DNA of 64,000 bases. It comes from a virus (lineage: Duplodnaviria > Caudoviricetes). The stretch covers positions 1 to 64,000 of IMG/VR virus record IMGVR_UViG_3300037851_000141. The stretch is one strand, 5' to 3'. Below are positions 39,696 through 47,808 of the stretch, in pieces. The position numbers were made by a program, and so were the translations under genes. Below the pieces are notes generated by a model. That model saw only the letters and a program-made list of their open reading frames with translations. It was not told where the DNA came from and searched no databases. Each line of letters starts with the position of its first letter. Position 1 is the stretch's first letter.

Positions 39696-39731
39696 GATGC
39701 TGGGTAGTTCATATAAGAACAGTTTCAATTT
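39580..39731 (+). ncRNA. Predicted TnpB reRNA/omegaRNA scaffold plus guide
   Basis: Inferred from the known TnpB architecture: the scaffold overlaps the tnpB 3' end and right end, and the guide is the flank (tataagaacagtttcaattt). The 5' boundary is a guess. Confidence 0.45.
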
Positions 39732-39837
39732 CTTCGTCGGACAACATAACTGTAGAGAATTCGGCTGTACTATATAATACAACTTCAAGTTCACACGCCT
39801 CAAATATCTGACAGGTTAAATCAACATCCATATTCAT
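39709..39837 (-). CDS. 42-aa ORF whose TGA stop is supplied by the tnpB right end (possibly truncated)
   Basis: ATGA overlap with the hub gene, AAGGAG RBS; MNMDVDLTCQIFEACELEVVLYSTAEFSTVMLSDEEIETVLI. Below the ORF-track cutoff. Confidence 0.5.
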   Translation of the reverse strand: MNMDVDLTCQIFEACELEVVLYSTAEFSTVMLSDEEIETVLI

Positions 39838-41255
39838 CCCTCCTTAGTGACACTCGTAGCTTGAGGAAGATTGTTTTTCTTATTACCAACATCAGGCTCA
39901 TAGATATTGAAGAATGAATCCTTAACTAATACATATTTACGATAACCTTTACCATAATTTACAACATCAACAACGTCCTCAACTAACCATCCACCACTCA
40001 TTTGTTCATCTAATAAATGCTGTTGACCTTGTAAAAATGAAGTCATACCAGACATAAATGATATAAACACAACATCTCCAACCTCAATTTCTTCATTTAT
40101 CATAGTCATTGCCATACAGCGTACTTGATTTTGATGTTCAGTTATTCTATTATTTAAGTAATTTCTACCAACTGTTTCTGGTAATGAACCCAAATAATAT
40201 GCTTTTGACTTCCAATCTGAAATAGAATCTGACCATATAGCAAAGTTTGTAAAATACTTATTATTCTTATTTGAGTTTGTATAAGTGTCATGTAATGTAT
40301 AATATCCGTTAGAATAATCATAGTTGTATAAGGTTCCACCAGCAAGACCAGATGAAACCGTTGTCAGATCATATGTCAAGAACTTATAGTAATATATTGT
40401 GTTTATATTTCTGGTTGAGAATGGTAGAGATACGCCAGCCTCATATTGTTTAAGCGTAGATTCATCAACTAAAGAATACTCAAATATCTTGTCTCTATTA
40501 GGTTTTTTATACATACCTAATATACTCTTCAAGTTGATATTGATTAGCCCTGTTTCTGGATTGCTACTGGTAAATAACTTCACATTACCATTATTTTCAG
40601 AGTCACGGGCATATTCCAACAAGTACTTAAAGAATTGCTGTGGTCGCCAATTAGGACATGATACACGGAATACATTTTTAGTCATCTCATGAAAATCTAT
40701 ATTGAATATCTTTTCATTTATCTTTACATCATCTAACAACACTGATTCTATTATTTCATTTATCTTTGGCGCTTCTATAACACCATTACCTAAATCTTTA
40801 CCGAAGACTCTCTGAATATTGAACTTATTATATTTAAGAAAGAATGGTGCCTCAATTATATGAAACTTTAGACCTTTATATGTAAATCGTTCGTCTTTTG
40901 ATGATGCTGGTTTAAGTTGTATTTCTTCTATGTTTACGATATTGAAATGAATAAGTCTACCAGTAATTGAAGTTTCGGATCCTGTTATAGTATTCTTATA
41001 TAAAACAGTTAATATTTCATTACCAGTTAAGGGCAGGGTTTCGCGTATACCTATATTATCTTGGAATGTTATTGTTCCATATCTATACATTGAATTGATT
41101 GATGAATACACTTCCATTGATATTGGTTTACCCATGGAGTTTGAAGCACTAAATAAGTCTTCTGGAGATTTCTTATCATCAAAATCTGGACCATGATTGA
41201 GATATACAGAGATGTTTACTTCATCAACATGTGGGCTGCCATCGGTATTTGCCAT
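39834..41255 (-). CDS. Baseplate hub protein (gp27/VgrG-N-like)
   Basis: MEVYSSI..GTITFQD.IG.RETLPLTGNE; IEVGDVV..SGGWLV..V..LVKDS; follows gp53. Confidence 0.7.
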   Translation of the reverse strand: MANTDGSPHVDEVNISVYLNHGPDFDDKKSPEDLFSASNSMGKPISMEVYSSINSMYRYGTITFQDNIGIRETLPLTGNEILTVLYKNTITGSETSITGRLIHFNIVNIEEIQLKPASSKDERFTYKGLKFHIIEAPFFLKYNKFNIQRVFGKDLGNGVIEAPKINEIIESVLLDDVKINEKIFNIDFHEMTKNVFRVSCPNWRPQQFFKYLLEYARDSENNGNVKLFTSSNPETGLININLKSILGMYKKPNRDKIFEYSLVDESTLKQYEAGVSLPFSTRNINTIYYYKFLTYDLTTVSSGLAGGTLYNYDYSNGYYTLHDTYTNSNKNNKYFTNFAIWSDSISDWKSKAYYLGSLPETVGRNYLNNRITEHQNQVRCMAMTMINEEIEVGDVVFISFMSGMTSFLQGQQHLLDEQMSGGWLVEDVVDVVNYGKGYRKYVLVKDSFFNIYEPDVGNKKNNLPQATSVTKEG

Positions 41256-41671
41256 TATTCACCCTCGAATCTGTCTATCTGTTGATCCTTTTGCCTATCG
41301 TTGATTATCTTTTGTTGACGCGCCAATAATAAGAGTTGGTTTATATATTCTGGTTTAAGAACTTGTAATTGCGATATGCCAGAGTTTTGTAGTTCATTTT
41401 CAAGACCAAGGAATGGATCTTCTAAGTCATTGAAAAGAGGTATAACCCACCATAAACGATCATCACCATAATAATCTCTTGCTAATCCAACCCAGGTATC
41501 GCCAACTGAAACCTTGTGCATCTGAAAATATCTTAACTCGTTTTTCTTAAATTGACCAATAACAACAGCATCCCATATATCTAATGAATAGTTTGGATTT
41601 TGAGGTTTATCGTAAACTATTTCCTTGAACAGATTTATGAAACTCGTTGGAGGTACGTTTGAGAATGGCAT
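41255..41671 (-). CDS. gp53: Baseplate wedge LysM protein (T4 gp53-like)
   Basis: HKVSVGDTW..LARDYYGD.RLWWVI.LFN.L.DPF. Confidence 0.85.
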   Translation of the reverse strand: MPFSNVPPTSFINLFKEIVYDKPQNPNYSLDIWDAVVIGQFKKNELRYFQMHKVSVGDTWVGLARDYYGDDRLWWVIPLFNDLEDPFLGLENELQNSGISQLQVLKPEYINQLLLLARQQKIINDRQKDQQIDRFEGE

Positions 41672-41673
41672 TG

Positions 41674-44600
41674 CTATAACCTCTTACCTGTTACCGGGTC
41701 ATATCTGCCAGTGACATTATCTTTGGCGAACAATGGAGGATTTACGCTTGATTCAGTTGCTTCGGCGGCGGTTGATGCTTTTACATTAGGATTGGTATAG
41801 CTTGTTGATTGAGAAATAGAAGTTATATCACCAGCATTTAATCCAACTGGTGTTCTTAATATACTACCATTTGGCGTTATGAGTCTACCTTGACCAGTTT
41901 GCTTGACTGAAACATTAATAAGGTCTTGAGGATTTGTTGCGCCGTTAAACATCTGCATCCAGTCATCTCGGAAGAATGGTAATGCGTTTCTAACAGTAAT
42001 TGAACATTCTGCTATAGACGGGTATGCCGCAATTTGTTTAAGAGATGGGTCGTTTACGGCAGCATCGAGTTTAGGATTAGCTGAATATCCATTTGATGAA
42101 TTGCTTGATTCTGTTGGTAGACTAAATATTTTCTTAATATCGTCTAATGCCGCACCCCAAGTTTGTAATCCTCGACTTATAGAAGAACCGACCACTTTTT
42201 CTAATTGACCGCTTGTTGAAAAGTTATTGAACGGTTTACCATCATAATTATACCATGGACCCTTGAACTCATATTTTATATTTTTTATAAAGCACATAGG
42301 GAAGTATATTATACCAGAAGCGTGTCTCATACTCATATATTCTGGACGTTTGGTTACGAAGTATCTTAATGGCCCATATCCACCTAAACGACCTGCTTTA
42401 TTTTCAATTTCATTTATTTTAGCATCAGGAAAATTTTCTTTAGCTTTATCTAATAAATTCAAGGCATTAGACCTAAACACACCTTCTGGTAATGATTTTG
42501 TTATTTTCTCCAATTGTCCAATAGAGTTCTTAATATCAGTAGCAATATTGCCTCCAAGTAGTCGTTTTGGATATGTCATAGCAGTCAATAACATAAGCGG
42601 CCGATATATGTCTTCCAGGAATCCACTCTTTGTAAATAACACGAATGGAATTGTTATTTCAAGTTTATCTGTACTTTGGTATGTATCTATTGTATCAATT
42701 CTGCGATTAATACCTTGAGCAAAAGACTGTTCTGATCCAGCAGTAAATGAATCACCCACGTTATTAAATAAAGAAGTTAAAGCTTGGACCGTATCAACAA
42801 CACCAAGTACACTATCCGCCATATTAGCAATTTTAGAAAGATTATCGCTACCCCAAGAGTGATTATGAGCTAAATTTAACCAGTCAGAATTATTAGGATA
42901 TACAGTAAACGTTCCTAAAAGATTTGTGCCTTGATCTTGGACTACGTTAGTAACCAAAGTACCATCTTGACTTTGTACTGCTTTGGTTGCTGGTGGATTC
43001 AACTCAAATAGGTTAAAGTGGACGGCATCTCTGGCAATGGAATCTGATGATCTTGGACCATACGGGCTATAACCATTACGAATATGAAAATCGGATATTG
43101 CCTTCAATGATGGTAATTGGAAGTAGAATGGAGCATGATTATTTAGTCCCTCAAATCCGGTTGTTCTTCTTCCAACATTAGCATCAACTGAGGATACAGC
43201 AGCATTTCCACCTTGACTTGGAGATGGACCAGCACCCTGTAATGTTATTGCTTTGGCTGCGTCAAGTTCTTCATCGGTCATTCCGGCCGCTCTCAACATT
43301 TCTTCGCCATTTGGAGAGTCATTTGCCATTTCATATATTCTTTGATTTGATTGTTGTAACTCATCCCGCGCCGATTTCCATTCTGTATTGGCAACATTAA
43401 CTGCTTCTTGGTCAGCGGAATCCCAATTAGCCGGTACGGAACAGTCTTTATCCCCACCAGAAGCAGCACAACGAGAAATTGCGTTATCTCTTGCCCAATT
43501 AAGTCTATCTCTTGCCAAATCTTCTTTTTCTTGGGATACATATTGTTGTTGTAAACTTACTTGAGCCTCTTCAAACGTAACTGGTTCTGAAACTGGTCGA
43601 GCCTCAATTTGGAAGTTGGTTGTTGCTGTATTTATTTCGGCTTGTTTTTGAGCTTCCAGAGTGCTAAGAGTTCTTTGATATTCGCTATCTATTTGGGACA
43701 ATTCTTCGTTACTATCTTTTAATAATTCTTCTTGTTCTTTTTTAGCTGATTCTAATAGTTGTATATCTTCTTGATTTTGTTTTTTTGCTCTATATTTTTC
43801 TAAGGGGGTTTTAGTTTCATCCTCGTCAATTTTAGCATTGGCTGCGTTTAGGGCATCAATATTAGCTTGAATAGAATCAATTTCATTTTGTCTTTCTGTA
43901 TTGTAGGCATATATTTCATATTCTTTAGCTGCTCTGGCAGATTGATATGCTATTCCTGCGTCTGTTTGTTTTTGCTGATACTCGGAATCAATACCAGCTA
44001 TTTGTTGTTGATAGTCAGCTTGCTCGGTTGATAAATCATATACTGGACGAACATATGAATATCTTTGATTTCTTAAGCCTTCTTGGTCAAGCGCATCTGA
44101 ATCAACCCAGGTTCCGGTATAAGTATCAAATAATTGGCCTGGATCGTCTTTAGCACCAGATTTCCATTGGTTATACTCATTTTCATCAACTACACCATAA
44201 TCTATATGAGAGTTTGATGGTGATGGGTTAGTTTCATTAATAATAGTTGTAGAAGAATCGGTTTGGATGACATCTTGTTTGGTGTTTATTGATTTTTGTT
44301 CTTCTATCCATTGACGTTCTTTTGTTTTAACGACAGTATCAGCTTGGGAGTATGACTGATAAGCTGAGTTTCTTGCTTGAGTATATTCATATATTTTTGC
44401 TGGATCTGGAGTTGGTCTATTTTGTTCTTGAGTTATGAGGTTATTATATGTTTGATATTGTGTTATTGCCGTGGAACGCTGTGATTTAGCTGTATTGAGT
44501 TCTGATCTTGTTTTAGTAGCTCTGGCGACGTTTATTTGTTCCAGTTCTTGACGATCTAGTTCTTGGAGGGTTTGTTTTCTTATATTTCTATCATCTATTT

Positions 44601-45498
44601 CTTTTTGATTTGTATTTAATTGATTTTGTAATTCTGCTATACGTTGTTGACGAAGTGATATTGATTGTGGTGTTGAATCTTGGTATGCTTCGGCATTTTC
44701 TCTTTCTATGTCATTTTGTAAAGTTTTATTAGTATTTTGATACTCCAATATCTCACTATCTATAATATTATACGTTTGTTGACGTTGATTTTTTCGTTCT
44801 TCAAGGGTCAACAAAGCTATAGCCGATTCATTTTGTGTTATATTATCTTGTCTATAACTTCCTTGTATATTATCTGGCCATTCATCGGGAGTTTTGACTA
44901 ATCCAGACTCAAGAACTAATGTACCGTCATCTATTAATGGTGTTTTACTTTGAGAGCGGAGGGTTGTATTATAAGAATTGAGTTTAATAGTTTCTAATTG
45001 ATATTCTGAGCGTTTTGAGAGGATATTAGTTGTTAAAGTTTCATTATCAGCAATTAGTAGATTTAGTTCAGTGGTTTCTTCTGGAGTGAGTGTTTCTTTA
45101 GATTGTAATATATCTATTTGTATTTGATTATTTTGTTTTTCAGTAGTTAGGATTACTATTTCTTGTTTTAATGTGAATCGATTTTGTACTGATAAGACGG
45201 CATATGCTTCGGGAGTATCTGTTTCTACTGGAGTTGAATAAACTGGAAGTGGTTCATCTTCTGGTGGTACAGTTGCGAGATATTGAGTTCTATATTCTTG
45301 ATAATAGGTATTGGCATCTTCTGGTCTTGATCCTGGAGAATTTAAGGTATTCCATTCTCTGATTTCGGAAGATGTAAGTGGCGTATTATTGCTTAGTTTA
45401 CTTCTCAATTCGTTATATCTAGCTTGACGAGTCTCATAAACAGACTGCCAGTATATCATTTGATCTGCTAAGGTTGGATCGCCAGTAAGTGCCGTCAT
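41674..45498 (-). CDS. Long coiled-coil protein with a C-terminal tube-initiator (gp48/gp54-like) domain
   Basis: About 750 aa of Q/E/K-rich heptads, then TYQS..EITIPFVL..YP..F.MCFIKNIKY..GPW..AECSITV (tube fold). Confidence 0.6.
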   Translation of the reverse strand: MTALTGDPTLADQMIYWQSVYETRQARYNELRSKLSNNTPLTSSEIREWNTLNSPGSRPEDANTYYQEYRTQYLATVPPEDEPLPVYSTPVETDTPEAYAVLSVQNRFTLKQEIVILTTEKQNNQIQIDILQSKETLTPEETTELNLLIADNETLTTNILSKRSEYQLETIKLNSYNTTLRSQSKTPLIDDGTLVLESGLVKTPDEWPDNIQGSYRQDNITQNESAIALLTLEERKNQRQQTYNIIDSEILEYQNTNKTLQNDIERENAEAYQDSTPQSISLRQQRIAELQNQLNTNQKEIDDRNIRKQTLQELDRQELEQINVARATKTRSELNTAKSQRSTAITQYQTYNNLITQEQNRPTPDPAKIYEYTQARNSAYQSYSQADTVVKTKERQWIEEQKSINTKQDVIQTDSSTTIINETNPSPSNSHIDYGVVDENEYNQWKSGAKDDPGQLFDTYTGTWVDSDALDQEGLRNQRYSYVRPVYDLSTEQADYQQQIAGIDSEYQQKQTDAGIAYQSARAAKEYEIYAYNTERQNEIDSIQANIDALNAANAKIDEDETKTPLEKYRAKKQNQEDIQLLESAKKEQEELLKDSNEELSQIDSEYQRTLSTLEAQKQAEINTATTNFQIEARPVSEPVTFEEAQVSLQQQYVSQEKEDLARDRLNWARDNAISRCAASGGDKDCSVPANWDSADQEAVNVANTEWKSARDELQQSNQRIYEMANDSPNGEEMLRAAGMTDEELDAAKAITLQGAGPSPSQGGNAAVSSVDANVGRRTTGFEGLNNHAPFYFQLPSLKAISDFHIRNGYSPYGPRSSDSIARDAVHFNLFELNPPATKAVQSQDGTLVTNVVQDQGTNLLGTFTVYPNNSDWLNLAHNHSWGSDNLSKIANMADSVLGVVDTVQALTSLFNNVGDSFTAGSEQSFAQGINRRIDTIDTYQSTDKLEITIPFVLFTKSGFLEDIYRPLMLLTAMTYPKRLLGGNIATDIKNSIGQLEKITKSLPEGVFRSNALNLLDKAKENFPDAKINEIENKAGRLGGYGPLRYFVTKRPEYMSMRHASGIIYFPMCFIKNIKYEFKGPWYNYDGKPFNNFSTSGQLEKVVGSSISRGLQTWGAALDDIKKIFSLPTESSNSSNGYSANPKLDAAVNDPSLKQIAAYPSIAECSITVRNALPFFRDDWMQMFNGATNPQDLINVSVKQTGQGRLITPNGSILRTPVGLNAGDITSISQSTSYTNPNVKASTAAEATESSVNPPLFAKDNVTGRYDPVTGKRL

Positions 45499-45516
45499 TT
45501 TATAGTGTCCCTATGT

Positions 45517-45524
45517 TATTTATA
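45517..45524 (-). promoter_or_regulatory. T4-type late promoter TATAAATA
   Basis: Exact consensus overlapping the TAA stop of the upstream gene, 18 nt from the ATG at 45498. Confidence 0.75.
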
Positions 45525-47805
45525 GTGTTAAAAGCGATTTTGATAGCTGTTTCATGGTATATAATTCGCACGTTTCGCTTTGTATCTTATTTGGAGTTAT
45601 GTTGATGATATTTTGTTTTATTTTCTTATTTTCTCTCCGTTTCTTTAAGGCATCTAAGTCAATATCTATATTTTTTAGGTTTTCTTTTATAAACTTAGAC
45701 GACTCATCATTAAGTTTAGACACGAAGTTATCTGCTGGATTGACGACGCCCCCCATTTCTAATTTTGGTATTGATTGAGTTTCATATATATTATCTGATG
45801 GGTCGAATTGTAAAGCAGCATCCCATTCTTTTCTATCTCTTAACCCGGCACCAGTATAATAACCAGATGGATCGAACAATCTGGCAGTTTCATTAGCTGA
45901 TTTGATAAGAATATCCATAAATACGGTTTTGGTATCATGTTCCATTTGTGGAGTAAAATCAATTATCTGTTTAGAACGCTCAATACTATCTTTAAGATTA
46001 TTCAAGTATTTGTTTAATGAGTACTGAGTCAACACCTTATTTTTATTCATATTTTTTATTTGAGATGTTCTTAATGTTGTCAATTGTTCTTTAAACCGAT
46101 CTTGATTATTTTTTATTTCTAATTCAATATCTTTAAACGCTTCGGTGTTAACATCTATTGCGCCTGAATCTATTGTAAACTTTGCCACTTGTAATTGTTT
46201 TAATCTATCTTGATATAAATTAAGAGCGACTATATTTATTGGATCAAGTTTACCTTTTTTAATATCTTTACCCATAGATATGCCAATTAAAATATTTTCA
46301 TTAAGTTCTTTTTCAGTTAAATTCATAAATACAGACTTAAACTTTTCTCTCATTGATTCTCTTATTTGTTCTCTTGAGAATTTAGTTGTATCTATTAATG
46401 TATATTGTTGAGCTATTAGTTGTCGAGATAATGATGTTTCAGTCTCTTTAATATAAACATCAATTTTTTTGCTAATCTCTTCCGGTCTTAAACTTTCATT
46501 GAGTCTAGCTATTAGTTGTTTGCGGATCCAGTCGCCTATATCTGTATTTTTAAGTAATGGTGATGATTCTATAACATCAATAAGATATCTTTTTACACCC
46601 TTTTCTCCAACCGTCTTCGAGAAATCAAATATAGATTGTAAAATATTTTTAGTTACATCTATGGCGCTGCTCCCGTTTGTTTTAATCCAATTGTATGTTC
46701 CAATGATTATATTTTTTGTTTTTTCAATATTTTCTTTACCAAATATATCATTAAGCGTATTTTTTGTAAACGCTCCTAATGTTTCTAATAACCCTGAAAA
46801 ATCAAATAAGTTGGTGTTTACAATATTTTTATTAACCCAATCCAGAACATATTCAACACCACTCCAAATATATTTTTTAATCAAGATAACTGGTTTATGT
46901 ATCTCATTGATAGATTTTACAAATATATTTAATGATGTTGATATAAACTTAGTCAGACCATTAAGAATCGGTTCCATTAACATAAGTAATGCTGGAACCA
47001 TAATAAGTAATGATAATGGGTTTGTTAATGTGTTTATAAAAAGTTTAGTCATCCAACGCCCGAATACCATTACACCAGAACCTAATATATCAACGGCACT
47101 CTTTATAACAGTCCAACCAACTCCAAATATGGTTTTAATGCCTTTCCAAACATATGATAATGCTGCTGTACCTACACTCCAAAACCATTTTAACGGAGTT
47201 ATAATACTATAGTTAAGAATAAATCCAAGAGTTTTTATTGATGCCGAAATAACTTGTATTGGTATAGATAAAAGAATATTAGTAATTTTAGTGCCGTAGA
47301 TTTTAATAGTTGATAACACATTTTTGGTTATAACTAAAGAAGCATTTATGACTTTGGCGACCATTTTAAACGAGAAGTTGGTTAATATTCTTCCAAGCCC
47401 CATAGTCCAAGTTGTTATTAATTTTAGTCCCGTTTTAATCTCTCTTGCGTATTTAAGACAACTCGAACTTTTAATAATTGTTTCTTGTTTTTCTTTTATT
47501 CTAATAGATATTTGTTCTAATTCATTTTTTATCTTTGGCAATGTAAAAATTTGATTTATAATAAAATTGTTTTCTTGGAGTTGTTTTTCATTTTTCTTTT
47601 GTTCAACTGTTATATTTGGTGTTGATATATTTTGTTCAGCAGATTTAGCTATTTCAGAATTTTCTTTATCCATATTTTGTAATTGACTATATACGTCAGT
47701 TACTTTTTTCTCAACATTGGTATTTGATTCTTTCATTTTAGAATCAACCAGTTCTCGTATCTCTTCTGAAAAAGTCTTAACTAAGGAAGTATAGTCAGTT
47801 GCCAT
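45520..47805 (-). CDS. Tape-measure-like protein B
   Basis: Helical, with an amphipathic W/F-periodic segment and a C-terminal PKLEMGGVV motif; follows the tail chaperones. Confidence 0.6.
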   Translation of the reverse strand: MATDYTSLVKTFSEEIRELVDSKMKESNTNVEKKVTDVYSQLQNMDKENSEIAKSAEQNISTPNITVEQKKNEKQLQENNFIINQIFTLPKIKNELEQISIRIKEKQETIIKSSSCLKYAREIKTGLKLITTWTMGLGRILTNFSFKMVAKVINASLVITKNVLSTIKIYGTKITNILLSIPIQVISASIKTLGFILNYSIITPLKWFWSVGTAALSYVWKGIKTIFGVGWTVIKSAVDILGSGVMVFGRWMTKLFINTLTNPLSLLIMVPALLMLMEPILNGLTKFISTSLNIFVKSINEIHKPVILIKKYIWSGVEYVLDWVNKNIVNTNLFDFSGLLETLGAFTKNTLNDIFGKENIEKTKNIIIGTYNWIKTNGSSAIDVTKNILQSIFDFSKTVGEKGVKRYLIDVIESSPLLKNTDIGDWIRKQLIARLNESLRPEEISKKIDVYIKETETSLSRQLIAQQYTLIDTTKFSREQIRESMREKFKSVFMNLTEKELNENILIGISMGKDIKKGKLDPINIVALNLYQDRLKQLQVAKFTIDSGAIDVNTEAFKDIELEIKNNQDRFKEQLTTLRTSQIKNMNKNKVLTQYSLNKYLNNLKDSIERSKQIIDFTPQMEHDTKTVFMDILIKSANETARLFDPSGYYTGAGLRDRKEWDAALQFDPSDNIYETQSIPKLEMGGVVNPADNFVSKLNDESSKFIKENLKNIDIDLDALKKRRENKKIKQNIINITPNKIQSETCELYTMKQLSKSLLTL

Positions 47806-47808
47806 ATA

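Larger units (their letters stand above)
38442..39711 (+). mobile_element. IS200/IS605-family tnpB-only element (right end clear, left end uncertain)
   Basis: The right end has an imperfect hairpin caacatc-tttag-gatgctg followed by GGTAGTTCA (ends 39711). The inverted 9-mer atgaactac at 38441-38449 may mark the left end; alternatively it lies near 38462-38465. No tnpA in the window. Confidence 0.65.

Noticed and set aside
39712-39731. A second match to the TnpB guide elsewhere in the window
   Set aside because: None noticed by eye. This is not exhaustive; an exact and near-match search of the whole genome and host is needed.
46469-47212. 247-aa plus-strand ORF
   Set aside because: It is antisense to a tape-measure gene and has the I/L/S/F-rich composition typical of AT-rich shadow frames; no promoter or motif.
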